From positions 1-35,103 of the forward strand of contig CADBNQ010000082.1 of NCBI GenBank assembly GCA_902796045.1: a stretch of 35,103 nt of DNA, read 5' to 3'. Numbering within the stretch: the first letter of the stretch is position 1; each line of letters begins with the position of its first letter. The DNA comes from an uncultured Lachnospiraceae bacterium. GTDB lineage: Bacteria > Bacillota > Clostridia > Lachnospirales > Lachnospiraceae. Made by a program: the position numbers and the translations under genes. The notes beneath the pieces were generated by a model. That model was given only the letters and a program-made list of their open reading frames with translations, was not told the DNA's origin and did no database searches. Positions 9,746 through 18,794 of the stretch are shown here, one piece after another.

Positions 9746-10498
9746 TCACTCATGAAATGTTATTATTTCCTTCTCATCAGTGTAAAGATGCATATCGATC
9801 TTCCCCTTGTTTTTCTCCCGGGAGACTGTCTCCAGGACAGAGGCAAGCTTGGACATCTTATCCTCCAGATAATCCGTGCTGCCAAGGAAGATCTCGTAAT
9901 CACCTGAAATCAGTGTGATGTTATTCTCACCCTCAAAATGGATCTCTGATATATCAAGCCCGTAGGCCACGATCTTCTTGGTGATCACGACGATCGTCCG
10001 AAAATAATTCCCCTTTACCGGAATCTTCTCACCAAGGACCATCTTATCATACTCCAGTCCTGTGACAACAGGGACGCCCTCAAAGAGATGGTTCCTGCTC
10101 TCCATGGCGATGCCTTCCTCGTTAAAATAGACATACTTTCCCATGTACTTGAACACACCAGCCCGGAACTTTTCCTTCACCTTGACTTTCAGGATATGAG
10201 GGTCTTCACAGCTCATGGTAATGTTTTCCACAAAAGGAAGATAAGTCTGTCCCAAGATTCTGTTTTCAATGATCATGGCCAGGGTGTTGGGGATGTAGTA
10301 CTCTGACTGAATGGCATGAATCACTTCAGAGTCCGAATATGTAATTGTGTCAGTGATCAGCATACCCTCGATCGAATAGCAGATGACCACATAAGCCGAT
10401 CCTGCCGCCAGGATCAGCAGAAGGAGGACAGGCAGAATAATCTTCCAGACCTTCCTCTTCTTTCTCTCCGGGACAAGAGTCAGTTCAGTATTCTCCAT
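9746..10498 (-). CDS. ftsQ: FtsQ/DivIB-family cell division protein (start 10498, not 10657)
   Basis: Basic patch plus single TM helix, POTRA-like region, position between ftsW and ftsZ; GAGGAG RBS before ATG 10498. Confidence 0.75.
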   Translation of the reverse strand: MENTELTLVPERKKRKVWKIILPVLLLLILAAGSAYVVICYSIEGMLITDTITYSDSEVIHAIQSEYYIPNTLAMIIENRILGQTYLPFVENITMSCEDPHILKVKVKEKFRAGVFKYMGKYVYFNEEGIAMESRNHLFEGVPVVTGLEYDKMVLGEKIPVKGNYFRTIVVITKKIVAYGLDISEIHFEGENNITLISGDYEIFLGSTDYLEDKMSKLASVLETVSREKNKGKIDMHLYTDEKEIITFHE

Positions 10499-10556
10499 GG
10501 ATAAACTATCTCCTCTATGTTTATCAGATTCAATCCCTTCAGACGGCCTTACCGGT

Positions 10557-11723
10557 TCAGGTCCGGGTATACCTGGACACCGAAAGGACCAGCCCCATTT
10601 CCACGAGCAGGAAGACCATGGATGTTCCTCCGTAACTGATAAAAGGCAGGGGTACACCGGTATTTGGGATGGTATTTGTCACAACGCCGATATTAACAAA
10701 TACCTGAATCCCGATGTGGGCGATGGCTCCGATGACAATCATGGAACCGAAAAGGTCTGAAGATTTCATAGCCACTCTCAGAAATCTCCACAGCAGGATG
10801 AAATAAATGATGATCACACAGATTGCTCCGAAAAGCCCCAGTTCCTCGCAGACGATAGAGAATATCATGTCATTATGGGTTTCAGGGAGAAAGCCCATCT
10901 TCTGCATACTCTGTCCCAGACCTTTTCCGAAAAGGCCGCCTGATCCGATGGCATAGAGGCCCTGCATGGTCTGCATCCCCTTTTCACTGTCCTCAGGATG
11001 AAACCAGGTCGTAATCCTCTCCATCCTGTAGCTGGCGGTCATAAGCAGGACGCCCAGTCCCGACGCAGCCACCACTCCCATCACAATAAAGGGAGTGTAT
11101 TTTGAACTGGCCACGAAGATCATGATCACCGTGATGGCAAGCAGGATGATGCAGGTACTCAGATTCTCCACTCCTACCAGGCCGATGATCGGGATCACCA
11201 GCAGGAAGCTCTTCAGGACTCCCTTTGTCTCCTGCATCTGGATGGCATGGTCACTGATATAGATGGCAAGCAGAAGGATCAGCGTGACCTTGGCAGCCTC
11301 TGAGGGCTGAAAACGGAGCGGTCCCACGGAGATCCATCTCTTTGATCCATGGCTGACAGCAGCGAAAACCAGAGTAAAAGACAAAAGCAGGAAGGTGCCG
11401 GCGTAGTAAAGATAAAAAAAGATATCCCTGCTGTTCCAGAAATGATAATCCCATTTTGCGATGATCAGCATGGCGATCACGCCGAGGCCTGCAAAAAGGG
11501 CCTGTCTTTTCAGCCAGTAACCTGCATCATCGAAATACAGACTGCCCTTATAGGAGCTGGTACTGTAGATCATGATCAGGCCGAAGCCCACAAGAAAAAG
11601 AACCAGAAACAGGATCGCGTAATCCATGGAATGGGCACGTATTTTATGTTTCTTCCTGGCTGGTTTCCGGCTGTAGCTGCCTCTTTTCCGGGCAGCGCCT
11701 CCTGCATTGGTTCTGTCTGCCAT
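10557..11723 (-). CDS. ftsW: SEDS glycosyltransferase FtsW
   Basis: RWI...FQPSE, GSGGLFGKGLG, PETHNDMIF, PNTGVPLPFISYGGTS. Confidence 0.93.
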   Translation of the reverse strand: MADRTNAGGAARKRGSYSRKPARKKHKIRAHSMDYAILFLVLFLVGFGLIMIYSTSSYKGSLYFDDAGYWLKRQALFAGLGVIAMLIIAKWDYHFWNSRDIFFYLYYAGTFLLLSFTLVFAAVSHGSKRWISVGPLRFQPSEAAKVTLILLLAIYISDHAIQMQETKGVLKSFLLVIPIIGLVGVENLSTCIILLAITVIMIFVASSKYTPFIVMGVVAASGLGVLLMTASYRMERITTWFHPEDSEKGMQTMQGLYAIGSGGLFGKGLGQSMQKMGFLPETHNDMIFSIVCEELGLFGAICVIIIYFILLWRFLRVAMKSSDLFGSMIVIGAIAHIGIQVFVNIGVVTNTIPNTGVPLPFISYGGTSMVFLLVEMGLVLSVSRYTRT

Positions 11724-11728
11724 TCTTT

Positions 11729-13099
11729 TTACTCCTTAAAGCTCTCTACGATCTCTTTGAATCTCCGGCCTCTGACCTCGTAATTCCTGAACATGCCCCA
11801 GCTGGCACAAGCAGGCGACAGCAGGACGGCATCTCCGGGAACAGCCTCTTTTCTGGCTGCTTCCATGGCCTCTTCCAGAGAATCCGCATATATGATATTG
11901 CGGAAGCCGTGGGCTGCGGCTGTCTTGCCGATCGCCCCGGCAGTGGCTCCCATCAGTATAAGGCATTTGACTTTGCCGTCAAACGCTTCTATCCATTCGT
12001 CATAGGTGGATTGTTTATCATAGCCGCCCCCAAGGAGGACCGTCGGCCTGACCATGGCGCGGATTCCTTTGATGGCGGCATCAGGATTGGTGCCTTTGGA
12101 GTCATTATAATACTCCACCCCATCAACCGTGTCCACATACTCAATCCTGTGTTCAACGGCCTTAAAATCCATGACAGCCTTCCTGATATAATCAGCTGGT
12201 ACACCCATATACCAGGCAATACCAATAGCCGCCAGGATATTTTCATGGTTATGGCTGCCCAGGAGACGGATCTCATCCGTGCTGCAGACAGGGATTTCTT
12301 TCCCCTGATCCCTGATCACAAAAACCGGGGCGGCCTCTGTATCCTTCAGGATGATCCCTTCAGGCAGTGCCTCTTTTCTGGAAAACATCACTGCCCTGGC
12401 TGGCGTTTTCCCCGCCATGGCCCTGGTAACAGGGTCGTCATAGTTAAGGACAACCACCTCGTCTGCCCTCTGGTTTTTCGTGATGGACATCTTGATCTTC
12501 GCGTAATTCTCCATGGTCTTATGACGATCAAGATGATCCGGAGTCACATTAAGCACAGCAGATACATGAGGGTGGAAATCGATGGCCGTCTCCAGCTGAA
12601 AGCTGCTGATCTCAGCGGCAATCACACTGTCTTCTCCTGTCTGGTCTGCCACCTGGGTAAAGGGGATCCCGATATTGCCGACCACATAGACGGATGGATA
12701 ATAAGACTCGAGAATCTGCCCCACCAGGGCGGTCGTCGTTGTCTTTCCGTTGGTCCCTGTGATGGCCGCGATCCTCCCTTTGGCAAAGGAAGCAGCCAGC
12801 TCTATCTCTCCTATGACCGGACGTCCTCTTTCGATAAAGGCTCTGGCTATCGGTGTATCCAGCGGTATGCCCGGACTCATGACCAGCATATCATACTCTT
12901 CGGCGAGCTGGTCACGGAACGCTCCCAGTTCAAATGTGAGTTCCGTACCGGCTGGCATCTGTGCTCTAAGCGCGCCGGTGTCAAGATCTTCTTTTCCGTC
13001 ATAGATGGCAAGCTTACAGCCGGCTCTTCCCAGAAGGCCGGCCGCACCGATCCCGCTTATGCCGGCACCGGCAATCAGTATCTTTTTCCCTTCGTACAT
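11729..13099 (-). CDS. murD: UDP-MurNAc-L-Ala:D-Glu ligase (start 13099)
   Basis: GAGISG, ITGTNGKTTT, EISSFQL, PDHLDRH, NDSKGTN, LLSPACAS; AAGGAGG RBS. Confidence 0.96.
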   Translation of the reverse strand: MYEGKKILIAGAGISGIGAAGLLGRAGCKLAIYDGKEDLDTGALRAQMPAGTELTFELGAFRDQLAEEYDMLVMSPGIPLDTPIARAFIERGRPVIGEIELAASFAKGRIAAITGTNGKTTTTALVGQILESYYPSVYVVGNIGIPFTQVADQTGEDSVIAAEISSFQLETAIDFHPHVSAVLNVTPDHLDRHKTMENYAKIKMSITKNQRADEVVVLNYDDPVTRAMAGKTPARAVMFSRKEALPEGIILKDTEAAPVFVIRDQGKEIPVCSTDEIRLLGSHNHENILAAIGIAWYMGVPADYIRKAVMDFKAVEHRIEYVDTVDGVEYYNDSKGTNPDAAIKGIRAMVRPTVLLGGGYDKQSTYDEWIEAFDGKVKCLILMGATAGAIGKTAAAHGFRNIIYADSLEEAMEAARKEAVPGDAVLLSPACASWGMFRNYEVRGRRFKEIVESFKE

Positions 13100-13119
13100 G
13101 ACATCCTCCTTCTTTTCGG

Positions 13120-14073
13120 TCAGTAAGCCAGCAGGCCGATCAGACTGAGCACTGCAGTTACAATGGTAAATATTGAGACAACTTTTGGCTCCGGCCATCC
13201 GGACAATTCAAAATGATGATGGATGGGAGCCATCTTAAATACCCGTTTCTTTGTCCTTTTATAGTAGGTAACCTGTATGATCACAGAGAGGACTTCCATA
13301 AAATAGATGAAAGCCACAATCGGAAGAAAGAGGGGCGCTCTCAGCATAATAGCCGTGGAAGCTACAAACCCTCCCAGGGCAAGAGAGCCCGTGTCACCCA
13401 TGAAGACCCGGGCAGGGTTAGTGTTAAAGCATAAAAATCCCAGCAGGGCTCCGATGACCGCAGAAGTAACCGGATGGACCCCCGCTTTTGCTGTGACTGC
13501 GACCACTGTAAAGAAAACAGCAATGACCGCTGTGACACTGGAAGCGAGACCATCCAGCCCATCGGTGAAATTCGATCCGTTTACAGTGCCGAGCAGCACA
13601 AAAACGATCAGCGGACCATAGAGTATGCCAAAGTCCAGAGACCGGCCCCCTGTAAAAGGAATCAAAACATCTGTGGAGAGACCGGAGAACCTGATCACGT
13701 AGAAGGCAAAGGCTGCCGCGACCGCAAACTGGCCCAGCATCTTCTGGCCCGGCGTCAGTCCCAGATTTCTTTTCATCACAACCTTGATAAAGTCATCCGC
13801 AAACCCAATCAGGCTGAAGCCGAATGTGACAAGCAGGATTGGGACCGTATAGGGATATGTCCCGATATAGGGTAAAGTCCCAATCAGAATACCAATCAGG
13901 AAAAGAATCCCTCCCATGGTAGGGGTGCCGGATTTTTTCTGATGTGATTTAGGTCCTTCCTCCCTGATAAACTGCCCAAACTTTAATCTGTGCAGGAAAC
14001 TGATCAATCCCGGACCCGGAACCAGGGTGACAAAAAAAGCAAGCAGTGCCGGTACGGTAATAGAATGATTCAT
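13120..14073 (-). CDS. mraY: Phospho-MurNAc-pentapeptide transferase
   Basis: KSGTPTMGG, GFADDF, NFTDGLDGL, FMGDTGS, MAPIHHHFE. Confidence 0.97.
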   Translation of the reverse strand: MNHSITVPALLAFFVTLVPGPGLISFLHRLKFGQFIREEGPKSHQKKSGTPTMGGILFLIGILIGTLPYIGTYPYTVPILLVTFGFSLIGFADDFIKVVMKRNLGLTPGQKMLGQFAVAAAFAFYVIRFSGLSTDVLIPFTGGRSLDFGILYGPLIVFVLLGTVNGSNFTDGLDGLASSVTAVIAVFFTVVAVTAKAGVHPVTSAVIGALLGFLCFNTNPARVFMGDTGSLALGGFVASTAIMLRAPLFLPIVAFIYFMEVLSVIIQVTYYKRTKKRVFKMAPIHHHFELSGWPEPKVVSIFTIVTAVLSLIGLLAY

Positions 14074-14198
14074 GGTACAACCTCCAATTTCATATTCAAG
14101 ACTCGCTCGTCATCGCCTCGGCGATTATGCACGATTTCACGGGAGCCCGGCGGCGCACCCTCGTGCTCTCCTTTGCCGGGCTCAGCTGATATGACAGT

Positions 14199-14228
14199 AT
14201 TATATTCAGGTTGTTCATGAATTGTCAA
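14199..14228 (-). promoter_or_regulatory. Internal consensus promoter for mraY-murD-ftsW-ftsQ
   Basis: TTGACA (14228-14223, abutting the PBP stop), 18 nt, TATAAT (14204-14199). Confidence 0.75.
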
Positions 14229-16619
14229 CTACTGTTCTTTTTTGTCTTCCTGCTTCTCTTCCTGTTTTTCGGTATTATTTCCCTGATTTTCCGGCTGACC
14301 GGCCTGTCCGGCCTCCTGAGCCTGATTGGCCTGACCTGCCTGCTGACCCTGATCCGGCTGTGCGGTTTGCTGGCTCTGATCCGGCTGTGTTGTCTGCTGG
14401 CCCTGATCCGGCTGGCCGGCCTGGTTGGCTTCCTGAGCCTGTTTTTGTTTTTCTGCTTCCTCGGCCTGCCTTTTCTTTTCTGCTTCTTTGGCCTCTTTGG
14501 CCTCCTTCTTTTTCCTGGCCTTGATCCACTCCTGGAACTCATCAGCGTCATAGTTTGCGTCAGGGTCCCAGGGGTGTCCCGTGTGAATCTCGTAAGCGTC
14601 AAGATCCCGCTGGGTCACCTTTTTATCAGGCTTTATGTCCAGTATGGGAAGGATCTTTTCCATACACTGACGCTGAAGGTCTACAGCCGGGCCGGCAGTT
14701 GCCTGATTATCCACATGGGGTTCATCGATCGTGACATAGATCATGACCTGGGGATCATTTGCAGGAGCAAAGCCCATAAAAGAGATATAATAGTTTTCTT
14801 TATCTCTGGGAATCTTCTCTGCGGTTCCGGTTTTCCCTCCAATAGAATAACCTGGGATCTGCGCCCTGATACCGGTTCCTGTCAGCACGGTCTCCGTCAG
14901 GTAATTCCGCAGTTTCCTTGATGTCTCATCGGAGACTGTACTTCGCACTGTCACTTTGTCCATATCCATGACGATGTCACCGTCAGATGACTGAATCTGT
15001 TTGACCACCCATGGTCTGTTATAGTCTCCACCGTTGATCAGAGAGGCGAATCCTGCCGCCATCTGGATCATGGAGCAGTTAAAGTTCTGTCCGAAAGCAT
15101 TGGTACAAAGAGTTACATCATTTTTATAGTTGGAAGCATTGTAGACAAGTCCGGAGGTATCTGCCTCACCAGGCAGGTCGATCCCTGTCTTTCTTCCGAA
15201 TCCGAACTGGTTCTGGTAATCATAGAAAACATCCGCGCCTTCCTTCTCGGCAATGGTCATCATGGCCACATTGCAGGATTTGGCAACAGCGTTTTTCAGC
15301 GACACAGCACCATGGACATGAGAACAGCCGATCCTCCTCTTCCCTACTGCCTTGGAGCCGTCACAGTAATAATCTTCATTTCCTTTCAGAACCCCGCTTT
15401 CAAAGCCGGCTGCCACAGTAAAGGGCTTGTAGGTGGATCCGGGCTCCTTGGTATCACTAATGATCGCATTTCGCCACAGCTGGTAGAAACCATCATAAAT
15501 GGTCTGCTGTTTTTCCTCCTCGTCCTTCTCTTCTTCCGTGTCTTCTTCTGCTTTATCTTTTTTCTTCTTCTTTTTTTTCTCTTCCGTCGTTGCCTCCGCT
15601 GCCTTCTCCTGTTCCACCTTCCTGGTGTAGGCCTTCATCTTATCAATCTCGGCCTGGGAGTACAGCATGGTCAGGTTTGCCTCATCCATGGGTTTGTTGA
15701 GATCATAGGGACGGGATCCGGCCATGGCCAGCACTTCACCGGTCCTGGGATCCATCACCAGGATATTGGTCTCTTTGCTCCCGACAGCCTCGTCAAAATG
15801 TTTCAGTTTATCCTCTATGATCTTCTGAATCTGAATGTCGATGGTGGAGACAACAGAATTACCATCAACTGCTTCTTTGACAGTCTGCTCCTGGGTCAGT
15901 TCTTCATTGAAATAATAATAGGACCTTCCATCTGTTCCATTCAGCTGGCTGTTGTACTGCTGTTCGATCCCCCAGTTTCCCTGATTGCCTGAGGAAGTAA
16001 AGCCCAGCACTCTGCATGCCAGTGTGTTATAGGGATAGATCCTTCTGAAGCTTTCCTCAAACATCACCCCTGTCACATGTCTGGCCTGGAGAATCTCCGC
16101 CTTTACGGCGTCAGGAGTCCCGGCATCAAAGGACTGATCCTTCTTTTCCACAAACTCGTTGAAGGCTTCAACCTGCTCGTAGGTAAGCTCTTTGTTTTCT
16201 TCTTTATAGACCACATAGTAGGAATTCTTGTTCCGGACGATCTTGTCTCTCAGTTTCTTTTCATCCAGGTTCAGGTATTTTACCAGAGCATTCACGGTCG
16301 CATCCAGGGTTTCCCTGGGGCTGGTGTTGTTTTGCACGATATTCTTCGGCTCAAGGACAAGCGTATACACCTTCTCATTGGTGGCGAGGATATTACCGCT
16401 CCGGTCATAGATTTTTCCGCGCTCATAGGCAATGGTCGTGCTTGTATGATTCTGCTGTCCCAGCACGATGGTGCTGAACCTGCTTCCGTCTTTTACATTC
16501 CAGTAGATCAGCCTTCCTATCAAAAGTAAAAAGAGGCAAAGGATACCTAAAAATACGTAACACAGATTGCCTCTCATTTTTGCAGTCAGGCGTCTTACTG
16601 ACCGTCTTTTATCTGCCAT
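14229..16619 (-). CDS. Class B penicillin-binding protein (FtsI/PBP2B-like) with low-complexity tail
   Basis: N-terminal TM, RGKIYDR, RIYP dimerisation motifs; SxxK (PGSTYK), SxN (SCN), KTG (GKTGTA). Confidence 0.93.
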   Translation of the reverse strand: MADKRRSVRRLTAKMRGNLCYVFLGILCLFLLLIGRLIYWNVKDGSRFSTIVLGQQNHTSTTIAYERGKIYDRSGNILATNEKVYTLVLEPKNIVQNNTSPRETLDATVNALVKYLNLDEKKLRDKIVRNKNSYYVVYKEENKELTYEQVEAFNEFVEKKDQSFDAGTPDAVKAEILQARHVTGVMFEESFRRIYPYNTLACRVLGFTSSGNQGNWGIEQQYNSQLNGTDGRSYYYFNEELTQEQTVKEAVDGNSVVSTIDIQIQKIIEDKLKHFDEAVGSKETNILVMDPRTGEVLAMAGSRPYDLNKPMDEANLTMLYSQAEIDKMKAYTRKVEQEKAAEATTEEKKKKKKKDKAEEDTEEEKDEEEKQQTIYDGFYQLWRNAIISDTKEPGSTYKPFTVAAGFESGVLKGNEDYYCDGSKAVGKRRIGCSHVHGAVSLKNAVAKSCNVAMMTIAEKEGADVFYDYQNQFGFGRKTGIDLPGEADTSGLVYNASNYKNDVTLCTNAFGQNFNCSMIQMAAGFASLINGGDYNRPWVVKQIQSSDGDIVMDMDKVTVRSTVSDETSRKLRNYLTETVLTGTGIRAQIPGYSIGGKTGTAEKIPRDKENYYISFMGFAPANDPQVMIYVTIDEPHVDNQATAGPAVDLQRQCMEKILPILDIKPDKKVTQRDLDAYEIHTGHPWDPDANYDADEFQEWIKARKKKEAKEAKEAEKKRQAEEAEKQKQAQEANQAGQPDQGQQTTQPDQSQQTAQPDQGQQAGQANQAQEAGQAGQPENQGNNTEKQEEKQEDKKEQ
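14290..14445 (-). repeat. Degenerate 27-bp (9-aa) coding tandem repeat in the PBP C-terminus
   Basis: CTGATCCGGCTG at 14349, 14376, 14403 (27-nt period); QPDQGQQTT/QPDQSQQTA/QPDQGQQAG flanked by QAQEA units. Confidence 0.85.
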
Positions 16620-16632
16620 AATTCCACCTGTT

Positions 16633-17193
16633 TTATCTGCCTGTATCTACACTGTCATATTGTCTCATATAGTCATCGTTATCATCTGCATAATACAATA
16701 TATGGTCTGAGTCAGGATAGACGAGACCAAGCTTATTCATAGCATAAGTTCGTATATCTTCAAGATTGGTTGCCTTATCGATTTCATTCTTCAGGGCTGT
16801 CTGCTTTCCCTGCAGCCTTGTCCTTTCTTCCTTCAGGGTGGTAATCTGACCACCCAGGTCATGAAGTACTACTGTACCCCTTACATAAAAGATGGCACTT
16901 GCAATGATAACGAAAGCAGCGACTGTCAGTATCACCGTGTACTTCCAGTCAAAATCAAGAGCATTCTCTGCTTTCCGGCGCCGGCGGGGCTTTCGGGATG
17001 GAGGAGAAAGAGGATAGGGAACAGTCTTTCTTGCCGGGCTGATGCCGCCAGCGGCAATCCCCGTCTGCGGAATCTGGAAATCATCGTCCTGAAAGGGGAT
17101 CTCCAGTTTTCTCACAGCATTTCCATAGATGTAATTATAACGATCTGATGTGTTGTTTAATGGCATGTTCTTTCTCCTTACGGCCTCTCTCAC
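16633..17193 (-). CDS. FtsL-like cell division protein
   Basis: Between rsmH and PBP; YIYGNAVRK, one TM helix, coiled coil, KLGLVYP motif. Confidence 0.65.
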   Translation of the reverse strand: MREAVRRKNMPLNNTSDRYNYIYGNAVRKLEIPFQDDDFQIPQTGIAAGGISPARKTVPYPLSPPSRKPRRRRKAENALDFDWKYTVILTVAAFVIIASAIFYVRGTVVLHDLGGQITTLKEERTRLQGKQTALKNEIDKATNLEDIRTYAMNKLGLVYPDSDHILYYADDNDDYMRQYDSVDTGR

Positions 17194-17215
17194 GCAGCCT
17201 CATGGTTAATATGTA

Positions 17216-18154
17216 TTATCTGATTCTTTCAAATACTCTCAGTTTCGCACTTCTCGACCGGCTGTTTTCTTCCATCTCCCTGTCACCGGGAACAAGGGGT
17301 TTTCTTGTGATGACTTTCCCTTTAGAGCGCCGCCCACAGGTACATACCGGAAAATCCGGCGGGCAGATGCAGGGATTCTCACAGGTCCTGAAGGTATTCT
17401 TGACAATGCGGTCTTCCAGAGAATGGAAGGTGATCACACAAATCCTGCCCCTGTCCTCGAGCAGATCAATCATCTCCTCAAGGTGGTTCTTCAGTACGGA
17501 CAATTCCTGGTTCAGCTCAATGCGGATCGCCTGAAATGTCCTCTTGGCTGGGTGACCGGAACCTGCCCTGGCTTTGCCGGGAATAGCTTCTCTGATGATC
17601 TCAGTCAGCTCACCAGTGGTCTCTACGGGATGCTTCTGTCTGGCCATGACGATATGTCTGGCGATGCTTCTGGCATACCGTTCCTCACCATAATTCCTGA
17701 TGATCCCTGCCAGTTCCTTCTCACTGTAACCGTTCACAATGTCTCTGGCTGTCCTGTCCTGTCTCTGGTCCATCCTCATATCCAGGGGGGCATCCTCTCT
17801 GTATGTAAATCCCCGCTCAGGCTTGTCCAGCTGGTAGGAGGAAACACCCAGATCAAGGAGTATGCCATCCACTCCTGATATGGACAGATCTTTAAGGATC
17901 CGGCCCATCTGAGAATAATTATCCCTGACGATGGTGACCCGGTCAGCATAAGGGGCCAGCCGTTTTCCTGCTGCTTCTATCGCATCTCCGTCCTGGTCGA
18001 TGCCGATCAGGCGCCCCCCGGAGCCAAGCCTGGCTGCTATCTCGGAGGAATGGCCTCCTCCTCCCAGAGTCCCGTCCACGTATATCCCGTCCGGCCGGAT
18101 GTTCAGCAGGCGGATGGTCTCCTCAGGCATGATCGGCCTGTGCATAAACTCCAT
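17216..18154 (-). CDS. rsmH: 16S rRNA m4C1402 methyltransferase (ATG 18154 fits RBS spacing; 18160 possible)
   Basis: [46 protein letters not shown]. Confidence 0.97.
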   Translation of the reverse strand: MEFMHRPIMPEETIRLLNIRPDGIYVDGTLGGGGHSSEIAARLGSGGRLIGIDQDGDAIEAAGKRLAPYADRVTIVRDNYSQMGRILKDLSISGVDGILLDLGVSSYQLDKPERGFTYREDAPLDMRMDQRQDRTARDIVNGYSEKELAGIIRNYGEERYARSIARHIVMARQKHPVETTGELTEIIREAIPGKARAGSGHPAKRTFQAIRIELNQELSVLKNHLEEMIDLLEDRGRICVITFHSLEDRIVKNTFRTCENPCICPPDFPVCTCGRRSKGKVITRKPLVPGDREMEENSRSRSAKLRVFERIR

Positions 18155-18183
18155 AGACATCCTCCTATCTTCAGCGGCAGAGA

Positions 18184-18606
18184 TCAGAATTCAAGCTCAC
18201 CAGCGATATCTTCAATAGAATCCATGTCTGCATTCTGGTATGCCTCGTACCTTGCGGTGCTCCAGATCTCGATCTTGTCTGATACACCCAGAACGGTCAC
18301 GTCCCTGTCAATCTCTGCAAAAGCTCTAAGAACCGGCGGGATCAGGAAACGTCCCTGCTTGTCTGTGTCACAATCCATGGAACTTCCTATAAAATACCGT
18401 TTCAGTCTCCGTGCCTTTGCCGAGGAGGTGGGAAGTCTGTTCAGCTTATCTGAAAACTCTGTCCAGGCTTCCGGCGTAAATATATAAAGGCATCCGTCAA
18501 GCCCCTTTGTGATCACGAAGTGCGGTCCCAGTTCTTCTCTGATACGTACAGGGAGAATCAATCTTCCTTTCGTATCCAGTCCATGCTGAAATTCTCCCTG
18601 AAACAT
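18184..18606 (-). CDS. mraZ: Division/cell wall cluster repressor MraZ (start 18606)
   Basis: [15 protein letters not shown], two DxxGR motifs, KIEIWS; GAAGGTGG RBS. Confidence 0.95.
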   Translation of the reverse strand: MFQGEFQHGLDTKGRLILPVRIREELGPHFVITKGLDGCLYIFTPEAWTEFSDKLNRLPTSSAKARRLKRYFIGSSMDCDTDKQGRFLIPPVLRAFAEIDRDVTVLGVSDKIEIWSTARYEAYQNADMDSIEDIAGELEF

Positions 18607-18642
18607 GGTTCCACCTTCTCTCCGACAGTTCACTCTGAGGCG

Positions 18643-18689
18643 CTCCACTTTATACCCCATATCCGACACTTTACACCACTTTTCACCAC
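18643..18689 (-). promoter_or_regulatory. MraZ-binding direct repeats
   Basis: GTGGTG-aaaa-GTGGTG-taaa-GTGTCG...GTGGAG at ~10-nt period, matching the Firmicutes GTGG(A/T)G MraZ repeats. Confidence 0.8.
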
Positions 18690-18696
18690 TTTCTAT

Positions 18697-18725
18697 ATTT
18701 TAACGCAGGATGATTCATATTGCAA
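18697..18725 (-). promoter_or_regulatory. dcw cluster (mraZ) promoter
   Basis: TTGCAA, 17 nt, TAAAAT directly upstream of the MraZ repeats. Confidence 0.7.
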
Positions 18726-18776
18726 TAGCGAAATATTAAAAATAGAAGGGTTTTGTAACATTTTTTTAATAAAACA

Positions 18777-18794
18777 AAGTCCGCAAGCGGACTT
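18777..18794 (-). terminator. Intrinsic terminator insulating the mraZ promoter
   Basis: AAGTCCGC/GCGGACTT inverted repeat followed by TGTTTTATT on the minus strand. Confidence 0.6.

Noticed and set aside
10499-10657. N-terminal extensions in the ORF track for ftsQ (also murD, mraZ, rsgA, thiN)
   Set aside because: They overlap upstream genes or regulatory DNA; downstream starts have good RBSs and match family N-termini
11909-13126. 405-aa + strand ORF
   Set aside because: Antisense to murD; explained by codon bias of the real gene; no motifs
14290-14445. 27-bp periodic repeats as a CRISPR array
   Set aside because: In-frame coding tandem repeats, no unique spacers of CRISPR length, no cas genes
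14211-14921. Hydrophobic Leu/Phe-rich repeat ORF (+) and Arg/Lys-rich alternate-frame ORF (-)
   Set aside because: By-products of the Gln/Glu/Lys-rich PBP tail read antisense or out of frame
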